The notes under the pieces were generated by a model. The model was not told where the DNA came from, did no database searches, and saw nothing but the letters and a program-made list of their open reading frames with translations. Shown here one piece after another: positions 16,560 through 25,053 of a stretch of 27,895 nucleotides of DNA. This DNA is from a virus (Duplodnaviria > Caudoviricetes), in IMG/VR virus record IMGVR_UViG_3300032219_000543, positions 1 through 27,895 of that record; one strand, given 5' to 3'. The position numbers were made by a program, and so were the translations under genes. How positions within the stretch are numbered: the stretch's first letter is position 1; each line of letters opens with the position of its first letter.

Positions 16560-19500
16560 ATGGCAAAATACGGTACTAGACGGTATGGTTCTGGAGTACG
16601 CTACGGAGTAACTTCTGTAGTAAGTGTTTACTACCAATCAAACATTGTTGCTATTTCAACGGGTTACCAAACAATTAAAGTTATTTGGGATCCGATTGTC
16701 CCTGATCCTAATGACCCAAGTCCTACACACTGGGCTTTAGTTAAAAGCTATGCTGGAAGCGTAGATCAACCTGATAATGGCACTATTCTTGCAGGTGGTA
16801 CATACTCAACCATTAGTACAACCTACACTGACGTTATTACAGACATAGAAGATGTAGAAGTTTCTTACTCTATCTGGTTATTTAACGGCTCAGCCTGGAA
16901 ATTTTGCGGAACATCATACGCAGTATTAGTTGGAGAAAAAACAACTTTAGAAAAGATGGCTAGCTGGCTTCCTAAAGCTTGGCTTAACTCTGTTGATGAT
17001 ATTGGAGAAGGGCTTTCAACCTATAATTCTAATACCTTAGTAACTATTTTAGGTGTTTTTTCTTTTATGTATGATTACCTGCGAGTACAGGGAAGTATCT
17101 TATCAAATTCTCTAAACCCATTTTACACACCAAGTGCTTTGTTAAATGCAAAGACCACTAGCTTAGGGCTTCAATATGAGGCTGCTTTAGGAGACATCTA
17201 TAACAGGTCTCTTGCTGCTACAGGTAATATTACTAATTCTTATAAAGGAACTTCTGAAAGCCTAACAATTTATACTACAGCGCTTACTCACTGGGGAGCT
17301 ACATACAGGCTTGGTCACAACTACATGCTTGACTATAACGACTCATCTTTTGAAGAGTCTGTTGGTAGATGGGGTGTTTCTAGTGGAACCCTTTCAGCAG
17401 TTAAATACTCGGCAGAAAGTATTTCTGCTCCAGCACCTTTTACTGATTTAGCAGCGCCTGTAAGAGTTCAAGGTTTAGGTAAATTAGTTACGGCATCTAC
17501 AACACCGATAGTCATGTCTTTGCCTGCTTCAGGTCTTGATATTAAAACTAACGGTATACCTATTGCAGGAAACACTCGTTATATTTTTTCTGGGTATGCA
17601 AGACGTACGGCAGTAGCAACAACAGTTTCTGCAACTATTACTTGGTACGATCAATTTGGGGTTTCACTCAGTACTACATCTGCAGGTACAGCCCTTACAA
17701 CAACTACTTCTTTTGCTGAGTTTACTAGTATTTCAGACTCTGGACGAAATGGAAAACTATCTCCACTAACAGCTAAATTTGCTAAAGTTACGCTTACTAT
17801 AACCCCTGCATCTTCTACATCTAATATTGTATATTTTGACATGTTGCAGTTTGCAGAACCAGAGCATAGCTTTTTGTATGAAGATGCTCGCAAGGTATAC
17901 GTTAACGTAGCTGGAGAAAAAGAAAACTATTTCTTTAATCCAGAAATGGAATATGGATTAAGTTCTTGGACAGCTTTAAATGGTTCTTTAAGTCAAGATA
18001 CTGTAACCACTACTGCTCTTGTTCATGGAACAACAATTGGAAAATTAACGTCTACAGCAACAGGTACTACAGGATTTGTATCAGACTGGGTTGCTGTAGA
18101 ACCCGGTCAAGAAATTATTGCTAGTGCATATATTCTTGGATCAGCAGCTAGAACTATGAAGGTACGTTTAGAGTTTTCTAACCAATCTTCTAAAGAATTA
18201 CAGTCATCAATTTTATCTGATGTTGATGGTCAGTACTACCCAACAGATGTATACATTACTGACAGCGAACCTTTTACCCTATCTACAACTGCTTCTACAC
18301 AACTATATGTAAAAGGAGTTACCCCACCATTTTCTAAAGATGCTGGAAACCCTTTAGTAAAGGTTAGCTTTTACTCTACAGATAACGTTGCTGGAGATCG
18401 TTACTGGTTAGATGGGGGTTTACTTGAAAAGTCAGACATTGTAGACCCGTTTTTCTCTGGAGATGGTGGAGCAGTTATATCTAACCCTATAACTCAAAAG
18501 TATTACGCTCCTGCAGATTGTAAATGGGAAACAAAAGAACTTTATAATTACGTAAGTAACTCTGGGTTTGAAATTAATACTACAGACTGGAGTGCAGGTA
18601 CCGGAACTCTTACACGTATCACTTCAGACACCGGTGGCTTGCTTCCTAAATATGGTACTTATTTTGGCAAGTTAACTTACAGTTCTACAGGATCTTTAAG
18701 TGGAACAGCTCACCTTGGTTTTGCAGCTGTTGGTGGAGAAGATTTTGTTATATCTATGTATGTCCGTAAAGCAGAAGCTACCTATACTTTAGGAACTAAT
18801 ACGTTTACAATATCTGCGGCTGAATCCGCTGGGTGGAAAAGAATCCACACTGTAGTTCAGTTGACTGCTGGACAGACTACTGTTCCTTTTACAGTGTCTG
18901 TAGAAAATACTGCTGGATCAACCTCTACTTTCTTCCATATTGATGGAGTACAAGGAGAGTACGGTCGTGTAGTAAATCAATATTTAGATACAACTTTAGG
19001 TACTGTTTTTGCTATTCCTAACCCTGTTACTTCTGGTAAAACTATTTGGGCAGCTAAATTACAAAGCACCGGTGGTGGAAAGAGTAGCTACTTCTCTAAC
19101 TACGATACAAAGATTAGCCGTCTGTACGACACCTTAGGTAACTACATGCCTGCAGGTGCTAGCTGGGGTATTAATGCAGGTATCAACTCAGCAATTTACG
19201 AAGATCTTCCCGGAGCAAAGATTCCATCATCTTCTTTTGAAACTAACTTAGGCGGTTGGGAAGCAGTTAACTCAACCCTAGTAAGAAAAATTGCTAATGG
19301 TACTTTGGCTGCAGATAACGTAACACATGGTCAAGGATATTGCCGTGTTACAACTGCAGGTTCTAGTTCTGCAAAACCTTTTGGCCTTAAAACTGGAAAG
19401 GTATACTTAACTCCAGATGCTGGATACTACACTTCAATTGCAATTAGACCAGTTAATTCTGATTCTCTAGGTAGCTATTCTTTGGCAGTTAATTACTATG

Positions 19501-19784
19501 ATCTTAACGACAATCTTATTGTTGTGTATCAAGACAACCTTACTAATAATAAGACAACTAACTCAAAAGACTCTACCGGTGCAAACAACACAGTTATTAC
19601 AACAGCTGCTAGAACTCAAACTGTAAACATAACCCATACAGAGCGTTGGGCATATGTTGGAAATTCTTTCCCAGTTAGTTCTATAACTGGGGCAGCTTAT
19701 GCAATAGTCCAGATTACTTTTAGCCCAGCAACCTATGTCGCGGGTCAAGCCTTCGATATTGACAGAGTTGTATTTAGAGAATAG
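16560..19784 (+). CDS. Baseplate wedge (gpI/gp7-like) with four carbohydrate-binding-module-like repeats
   Basis: LP..W, YKGT and YMPAG wedge motifs. Repeats begin NYMLDYNDSSFE..W, NYFFNPEME..W, NYVSNSGFE..W and IPSSSFE..W. Confidence 0.7.
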   Translation: MAKYGTRRYGSGVRYGVTSVVSVYYQSNIVAISTGYQTIKVIWDPIVPDPNDPSPTHWALVKSYAGSVDQPDNGTILAGGTYSTISTTYTDVITDIEDVEVSYSIWLFNGSAWKFCGTSYAVLVGEKTTLEKMASWLPKAWLNSVDDIGEGLSTYNSNTLVTILGVFSFMYDYLRVQGSILSNSLNPFYTPSALLNAKTTSLGLQYEAALGDIYNRSLAATGNITNSYKGTSESLTIYTTALTHWGATYRLGHNYMLDYNDSSFEESVGRWGVSSGTLSAVKYSAESISAPAPFTDLAAPVRVQGLGKLVTASTTPIVMSLPASGLDIKTNGIPIAGNTRYIFSGYARRTAVATTVSATITWYDQFGVSLSTTSAGTALTTTTSFAEFTSISDSGRNGKLSPLTAKFAKVTLTITPASSTSNIVYFDMLQFAEPEHSFLYEDARKVYVNVAGEKENYFFNPEMEYGLSSWTALNGSLSQDTVTTTALVHGTTIGKLTSTATGTTGFVSDWVAVEPGQEIIASAYILGSAARTMKVRLEFSNQSSKELQSSILSDVDGQYYPTDVYITDSEPFTLSTTASTQLYVKGVTPPFSKDAGNPLVKVSFYSTDNVAGDRYWLDGGLLEKSDIVDPFFSGDGGAVISNPITQKYYAPADCKWETKELYNYVSNSGFEINTTDWSAGTGTLTRITSDTGGLLPKYGTYFGKLTYSSTGSLSGTAHLGFAAVGGEDFVISMYVRKAEATYTLGTNTFTISAAESAGWKRIHTVVQLTAGQTTVPFTVSVENTAGSTSTFFHIDGVQGEYGRVVNQYLDTTLGTVFAIPNPVTSGKTIWAAKLQSTGGGKSSYFSNYDTKISRLYDTLGNYMPAGASWGINAGINSAIYEDLPGAKIPSSSFETNLGGWEAVNSTLVRKIANGTLAADNVTHGQGYCRVTTAGSSSAKPFGLKTGKVYLTPDAGYYTSIAIRPVNSDSLGSYSLAVNYYDLNDNLIVVYQDNLTNNKTTNSKDSTGANNTVITTAARTQTVNITHTERWAYVGNSFPVSSITGAAYAIVQITFSPATYVAGQAFDIDRVVFRE

Positions 19785-19787
19785 AAT
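19759..19787 (+). promoter_or_regulatory. Housekeeping-sigma promoter, leaderless type
   Basis: TTGACA (19759-64), 17 bp spacer, TAGAAT (19782-87), then 6 nt to ATG 19794 with no SD. Confidence 0.75.
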
Positions 19788-19793
19788 AGATCT

Positions 19794-20069
19794 ATGGGCA
19801 TAGTAATAATTGCGGGGTTAGCTGCAGCGTGTATCTTAACAGCTGTGGAGAGTTTAATCAAGCCGCTAGGTAAGTGGCGAGGACTATTAGCTTTAATAGT
19901 TAGCTTACTTGCCTGCCTGAATCTAAGCACACCTTTGCTATACCTAGTCGTATACACGCTGGCATCTACATTTGTAAGCCTCACCCTTTCGCTTGCTACA
20001 GAGCAAGTCTTAACCGGCATCTCACCACGACAAGCCCGCGGTTTGCCAAACAGGGTGGATAGGCTGTAG
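19794..20069 (+). CDS. Small membrane protein (about 3 hydrophobic segments; holin-like or exclusion-like)
   Basis: 91 aa, hydrophobic stretches with a basic C-terminal tail. Confidence 0.65.
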   Translation: MGIVIIAGLAAACILTAVESLIKPLGKWRGLLALIVSLLACLNLSTPLLYLVVYTLASTFVSLTLSLATEQVLTGISPRQARGLPNRVDRL

Positions 20070-20072
20070 TAT
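20043..20072 (+). promoter_or_regulatory. Putative promoter for the replication operon
   Basis: TTGCCA (20043-48), 18 bp spacer, TAGTAT (20067-72); GGAGG RBS before ATG 20093. Confidence 0.55.
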
Positions 20073-20092
20073 AGATAAAGAGGGAGGGTTAT

Positions 20093-21001
20093 ATGCTAAG
20101 ACCAATTGTTAACCCAAAATTATCTTTACGAGCCAGATCACTTTTCTATTACTTTGTTGAAAAGGGTCGGGTTATTTCGGCTGACGAATTACGAAGCACC
20201 AAAGAATTCCCTGAAGGTAGGGATGCGCTTCAGTCTGCCATCAATGAACTGAAGGATCTCAAGTACGTTAAGTCTGTCCGGGTACAGAACAATGGGCAAT
20301 GGATTGCCCGTCTAAAATTCACAGAAGAGGCTAAAAAGCTACTTTCTACCGACAACGGCTTTTCAGGGCACCTATACATAGACAACTATACAGCTACTAG
20401 TGATATAACTACTAGTACTAATATAGTTAAAGATACTAACGTATCTTTAACTATAGGGGCTGCGCCCCAAGAAGGAGAAGAGATGGTTTGGAATCTTGAT
20501 GGGGATGAAGAAGCTCCTAAGGTAAAGCGAGGCCAGGAAGAACCTGCCACCGGAACTATTGGTAAGATCGAAGATCGCCAGGCTCGACTCAACGCAAAGT
20601 ACAAGAAGCCAGTAAAGGCTCAACGTGACAGCAAAGATAGAATCAATACTCCAGAAGAGCTTTGGTCTACCACAGACTTGATCGCAGAGTTCTACGACCT
20701 AGTTGAGAAGGCTGCACCAAATACGTCCAGCCAAGTTAACAACAAGTACTTGGCTACTTGGATCAACAAGCAGGTTGGCGAAGGCACACAGCGTTATGAA
20801 GTTCTAAAGGCTATGCGTATGTTCTTTGCGGATCCACGTAATTTAAACGACCTTGGTATCGGCAAGCCACTATGGCAACGATTCTTTTCATACTACCCAA
20901 CAATTCAGGGAATTGTTAAGAAGCCAGAGCAACCAACATACTCAACCGATAAATTTAAAGCACATCAAGAAAAGATGATGCGACTACTAGAGGGAGAATA
21001 A
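20093..21001 (+). CDS. Replication initiator-like protein (N-terminal winged HTH)
   Basis: LSLRARSLF...EGRDALQSAINELKDLKYV is typical of phage replisome-organiser N-termini. It precedes a DnaC-like gene. Confidence 0.7.
   Translation: MLRPIVNPKLSLRARSLFYYFVEKGRVISADELRSTKEFPEGRDALQSAINELKDLKYVKSVRVQNNGQWIARLKFTEEAKKLLSTDNGFSGHLYIDNYTATSDITTSTNIVKDTNVSLTIGAAPQEGEEMVWNLDGDEEAPKVKRGQEEPATGTIGKIEDRQARLNAKYKKPVKAQRDSKDRINTPEELWSTTDLIAEFYDLVEKAAPNTSSQVNNKYLATWINKQVGEGTQRYEVLKAMRMFFADPRNLNDLGIGKPLWQRFFSYYPTIQGIVKKPEQPTYSTDKFKAHQEKMMRLLEGE
20422..20455. repeat. Perfect 15-bp inverted repeat (candidate origin element)
   Basis: TATAGTTAAAGATAC-TAAC-GTATCTTTAACTATA, with adjacent CTACTAGT direct repeats at 20394 and 20409. 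Confidence 0.9.
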
Positions 21002-21678
21002 TGTACGACTTGTCTAAAGAAGCACCAAGCATTCGGAAGCAGATCGTACAGGCTGGGCTCCCAATGAAAACCATTGGGAAAGAATTCTCTGATTTAGATT
21101 CCACACCCGCCCTAGAAGCAGTCAAGAAATGGGTGGCTAGAGTGGTCAATGGGGAGATCATCCAAAAGGCCGGATCTCCGTCCTGCGGGCTCGGAATTAT
21201 GCTGGTGGGTAATCCAGGTCACGGCAAGACTACAATGGCTTCTACGGCCCTGCAGAGCCTTATCAGGGGTATTCCAGCAGACGTCTTAGGTATCCCTGGA
21301 GGCTTTCCAAAACGCATAGGCGGGTTTATGGACTATCCAAAGCTTTTAAGGCTTCAGAAGTCTCAGTTCTCTGACGAGGATGAGGCAACTCAAATCCTAC
21401 TTGACGGCATATATGGTGACTCGGATAGAATGAATAATGTGAGAGTTTTTGTTCTAGATGATATCGGTAAGGAATATAGAACTGCATCAGGTTGGGCAGA
21501 GAACACATTTGATGCATTACTACGTTCAAGATTTAACGCAGGGCTTCCAACGATTGTAACTACAAACGTTCCTCTTGAAAATTGGGGAAGTGTTTATGGC
21601 TCACCTATGGGAAGCTTTGCTATGGAAGCGTTCATACCAATTGAAGTAGAAGCGCCACAGGGGGACAGACGAGGATGA
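21001..21678 (+). CDS. DnaC/IstB-like AAA+ helicase loader
   Basis: Walker A GNPGHGKT, Walker B VFVLDDIG, and R..AGLPTIVTTN. Confidence 0.88.
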   Translation: MYDLSKEAPSIRKQIVQAGLPMKTIGKEFSDLDSTPALEAVKKWVARVVNGEIIQKAGSPSCGLGIMLVGNPGHGKTTMASTALQSLIRGIPADVLGIPGGFPKRIGGFMDYPKLLRLQKSQFSDEDEATQILLDGIYGDSDRMNNVRVFVLDDIGKEYRTASGWAENTFDALLRSRFNAGLPTIVTTNVPLENWGSVYGSPMGSFAMEAFIPIEVEAPQGDRRG

Positions 21679-21974
21679 AGGAAACTACTATGAGTACATG
21701 GCAAGTGACGCAATTATTTTTGTCTGACTCTGGACCACATGAGGTTTGGATTAACATTGACAATAAAAAGCTACGCTGTAACTGCGAGGGTTTCAATACA
21801 CGAAATTCTTGCAAGCATACACGTTACGTTTCAGATAAGATGAAGAAAAACTCTGGAGTATACCCAGTAGAGATCTCTAACAAGGCCCCAGAAACTGATG
21901 CAGCAATGGCAAGTTTAGATCCCATTATGTTTAGGGATTTTTTATTGAAGTACGGCAAGATCGAAGTACTGTAA
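21675..21974 (+). CDS. SWIM-type zinc-finger protein
   Basis: CNC-x8-CKH motif. An alternative start exists at 21690. Confidence 0.7.
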   Translation: MKETTMSTWQVTQLFLSDSGPHEVWINIDNKKLRCNCEGFNTRNSCKHTRYVSDKMKKNSGVYPVEISNKAPETDAAMASLDPIMFRDFLLKYGKIEVL

Positions 21975-21976
21975 AG

Positions 21977-22393
21977 ATGAAAGGGGGCGATATCTCAAAT
22001 GAAACTCCTATGCGGGTTGTGGTTACTTTGGATTGCATCCTTGATCGCAGGCCCACCTTTAAAAAAGTATTTGGTGTGGCGGTCAGTGGTGAAGAAACTA
22101 CGTACAATAGACAGTCGTTATCTTTATTCTGGCGATTTGCAGAAACCTACTCCTACACTCTAGAATTAGTAGGGTACGGGTTTTCTCAAAAAGAAATGGA
22201 TGAGGTTCTCGAAGATCTAGATAATCTTGGAACTAACCCGTTTAACTATGCAAAAGCTTATAGAGTTCCTGCAGATCTTGTTGCAGAGTTAGCTTACAGG
22301 CCTGAGCTAAAGCATGTGATTGATATACCCGAACGTTCGTTACGTTATGGGCATTGGTATTTAGATATGGGGGCAGCCGGTGGCAGCAGATAA
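21977..22393 (+). CDS. Hypothetical protein, possibly a degenerate HAD-like fold
   Basis: 138 aa. RVVVTLDCIL resembles HAD motif I without the first Asp. Confidence 0.45.
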   Translation: MKGGDISNETPMRVVVTLDCILDRRPTFKKVFGVAVSGEETTYNRQSLSLFWRFAETYSYTLELVGYGFSQKEMDEVLEDLDNLGTNPFNYAKAYRVPADLVAELAYRPELKHVIDIPERSLRYGHWYLDMGAAGGSR

Positions 22394-23624
22394 TGAAGAG
22401 AGATTAATATCTCGAGTCGTAAGGACTCGGGAGATTATCCCTGCCTTAGAAAAGGGTGTAGAAGACAGTTGGTTCTTTGTAGATGAGAACCGTGCTGTCT
22501 GGAAGTTTATTCGTACCCACTGGACTCGTTACCAAGAGATCCCTAGTGCAGTAACGGTTAAAGATAACTTCCCTACGTATCGTTTACTTGCTGTAGATGA
22601 TTCTCTAGAGTACTTAGTAGATCAACTAGTTGAATACCGTAGACGTCAGAAAACTATTGAAGTAGTTCAGGTTGCTGCGGAAATGATTGCCTCTGGTAAT
22701 CATGACGGTGCGATTGCAGAGATGAGCTCTGGGGTTGCAACTATCTATGATGAAGGCGCTGCCCAATCTAGCGACGTAGATCTTACCAAGGATCCAGAAA
22801 AACGTTACCAAGAATACTTAGATATTAAAACTCGTGATGGTGCCCTACTTGGATATCGCACAGGGTTTAGAACTATTGATGAGGCTACAGCCGGTCTACA
22901 GAATGGTCAGCTTATTACAATCATTGCACCACCTAAGACTGGTAAGTCAGTCCTTGCCATGCAGATTGCTGTTAACGTCCACGAGGACGGGCACGTCCCG
23001 ATGTTCCAATCTTTTGAGATGAGTAACATTGAGCAGCAACATCGTCACGATGCAATGCGTGCCAAGATTGCCCACTCTCGTTTGGTACGAGGAAATCTAA
23101 ACTTAGACGAAGAGAAACGATACAAGGCAACCTTAGAGCGTATGGAAACTATGCAGAAGTTCTACTTGACAGATAGTACGTCTGCGATGACAGTTACAGG
23201 CTTGGCTGCAAAGATTGAAAAGATTAAACCAGACATCGTATTTGTTGACGGTGTGTATCTTATGGTTGACGAAGCAAGTGGTGAGTCTAACACGCCACAG
23301 GCTTTGACAAGTATCACTCGTAACTTAAAGCGTTTGGCACAGAAAGCTAATATTCCAATTGTGGTGTCCACCCAGGTTCTTCTTTGGAAAATGAAGAAGC
23401 GTCAGGTATCCGCAGATGCAATTGGTTATTCATCTTCTTTCTTCCAAGACTCAGATGTTATTTTGGGTCTTCAGAAACAAGATGAAGAAGATGATTCATC
23501 TCGTGAACTTCGCATTGTTGCAAGCCGTAACTCCGGCCCAGCAACCAGTGATCTTTTATGGGACTGGGAAGAAGGGAAGTTCGAAGAGTATGGAACCTTT
23601 GGCACTCCAATCAAGCCCTTTTAA
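22380..23624 (+). CDS. dnaB: Replicative DnaB-like helicase
   Basis: TGFRTIDEATAGLQNGQL, APPKTGKS, SFEMS, VFVDGVYLM, LKRLA..NIPIV and QDSDVIL motifs. Confidence 0.93.
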   Translation: MAADNEERLISRVVRTREIIPALEKGVEDSWFFVDENRAVWKFIRTHWTRYQEIPSAVTVKDNFPTYRLLAVDDSLEYLVDQLVEYRRRQKTIEVVQVAAEMIASGNHDGAIAEMSSGVATIYDEGAAQSSDVDLTKDPEKRYQEYLDIKTRDGALLGYRTGFRTIDEATAGLQNGQLITIIAPPKTGKSVLAMQIAVNVHEDGHVPMFQSFEMSNIEQQHRHDAMRAKIAHSRLVRGNLNLDEEKRYKATLERMETMQKFYLTDSTSAMTVTGLAAKIEKIKPDIVFVDGVYLMVDEASGESNTPQALTSITRNLKRLAQKANIPIVVSTQVLLWKMKKRQVSADAIGYSSSFFQDSDVILGLQKQDEEDDSSRELRIVASRNSGPATSDLLWDWEEGKFEEYGTFGTPIKPF

Positions 23625-23841
23625 CGGAACTCAACTATGTGCTGGAGAAAATCCAGACGTATTCTTTCCAGAAAAGTACACAAACCATAAAGAAGTCCAG
23701 AGGGCTAAAGAAATTTGTGGGGACTGTTGGATTAAAGAAGAGTGTTTTAAGTACGCAATACGGATCCCAAACCTAGAGGGTATCTGGGCAGGAACAACAC
23801 CGCAGGAAAGGAAAAGATTATTAAAAACATCAGCGATCTAA
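23590..23841 (+). CDS. whiB: WhiB-family Fe-S transcription factor
   Basis: C..ENPDVFFP...AKEICGDCWIKEEC...GIWAGTTPQER (4 Cys plus a GIWAG turn). ATG 23590 is preferred over 23416. Confidence 0.93.
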   Translation: MEPLALQSSPFNGTQLCAGENPDVFFPEKYTNHKEVQRAKEICGDCWIKEECFKYAIRIPNLEGIWAGTTPQERKRLLKTSAI

Positions 23842-23861
23842 AACCAGATTATACAAACGCA

Positions 23862-24080
23862 ATGGATGTGCGTGGAGAACCAACTCACGTTTGTCCTTGT
23901 GGGTCAACACTTTGGGACATCAAGGCTATGTTCCAGGACTATGAAATCTCAATGTACTTCTTAGACATGGAGTGTTCAGAGTGTGGCACTAAAGCTACTG
24001 CACCAACACTTGTTGACATGCCAGAAGATTATGTAATGATGGACGACCGTCCTAAAGAAGAATACACAGAAGAGGACTAA
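23862..24080 (+). CDS. Small zinc-ribbon protein
   Basis: CPCG...CSECG motifs and an acidic tail. Confidence 0.75.
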   Translation: MDVRGEPTHVCPCGSTLWDIKAMFQDYEISMYFLDMECSECGTKATAPTLVDMPEDYVMMDDRPKEEYTEED

Positions 24081-24081
24081 T

Positions 24082-25053
24082 ATGTATCGTGAGGGCGATG
24101 TAGAGTCTGTACTACTAAGACTAGGTATTGAGACAGACCAACGCAACGATGAGTTGCTTGGTCTATGTCCTATGCACTTAGAGCGTACTGGTCGTGCAGA
24201 CTCTCGCCCGTCATGGTCTATGAATGTAGAGACCGGTGTCCACCATTGCTTCTCCTGTGGATACCGTGGAACCCTTCTTACTCTTGTAGCAGAGATCAAT
24301 GAGTTTGAAACTCAATGGGGTCGCCTTGACTTTGAGGCAGCCAAAGACTGGCTGCGTCAGAATATCGAGGTTAACTTTGAACTAATTGCAAAGCAGTTGG
24401 AAGAAGCTAAGAACAGTTATATCCCTGTTCAACCTTTGGTAGAAATGAGTGAGGCACGTCTGTCGATTTTTGACAGCCTACCTCCAGATTGGGCTTTATC
24501 TGCTAGAGACCTAACAGCAGAAGCCTGCATCAAGCACTCTGTTAAGTGGGATGCAAAGCAACAGGGTTGGATTACACCTATACGTCAACCAGATACTAAC
24601 AAGCTTATGGGTTGGCAAGAGAAAGGGCAAGTCAATCGTTATTTCCGTAACCGCCCTACCGGTGTGCAAAAGTCTAAAACTTTATTTGGTTTAGATGTCT
24701 GGAGCAGTGGCACTATGATCATAGTTGAGTCTCCACTAGACGTAGTAAAACTCTCATCATTGGGAATTGAAGGTGGCGTCTCAACATTTGGTGCATCCAT
24801 TAGTCAGGATCAAGTAGATCTTATGCGTCGTGCAGATAAGCTAATTATTGCCTTTGATAATCCTAAGGTCGATCCTGCCGGTGAGAAAGCCTCTCGTGAC
24901 ATGCTTGCTCGTACTAAGAAGGAAGGCCTGGAGTGCTTCTTCTTTAACTACACTGGCGACTACAAAGACATTGGCGATATGCCTGAAGAACAGGTTATAC
25001 TTGGTATAGAGGGTGCAAAGCATTCTGTCTTTGGAGAGCGAGCTTTTGTATGA
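24082..25053 (+). CDS. dnaG: DNA primase (CHC2 zinc finger plus TOPRIM)
   Basis: CPMH...PSWS...CFSCG, KSKTLFGL, IIVESPLD, IAFDN and KDIGD motifs. Confidence 0.9.
   Translation: MYREGDVESVLLRLGIETDQRNDELLGLCPMHLERTGRADSRPSWSMNVETGVHHCFSCGYRGTLLTLVAEINEFETQWGRLDFEAAKDWLRQNIEVNFELIAKQLEEAKNSYIPVQPLVEMSEARLSIFDSLPPDWALSARDLTAEACIKHSVKWDAKQQGWITPIRQPDTNKLMGWQEKGQVNRYFRNRPTGVQKSKTLFGLDVWSSGTMIIVESPLDVVKLSSLGIEGGVSTFGASISQDQVDLMRRADKLIIAFDNPKVDPAGEKASRDMLARTKKEGLECFFFNYTGDYKDIGDMPEEQVILGIEGAKHSVFGERAFV

Noticed and set aside
3837-19784. Extracellular contractile injection system (eCIS/Afp/PVC) or tailocin
   Set aside because: The module resembles eCIS, but it is flanked by neck-like genes and a full phage replication module, and no Afp15-type ATPase or toxin cargo is visible.
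20422-20455. Palindrome as an intrinsic terminator
   Set aside because: The stem is AT-rich, has no following U-tract on either strand, and lies mid-gene.
157-23589. Longest-ORF starts at 157, 1758, 3496, 6927, 14390 and 23416
   Set aside because: Downstream starts (175, 1794, 3571, 6936, 14408, 23590) fit RBS position, stop/start coupling or domain boundaries better.
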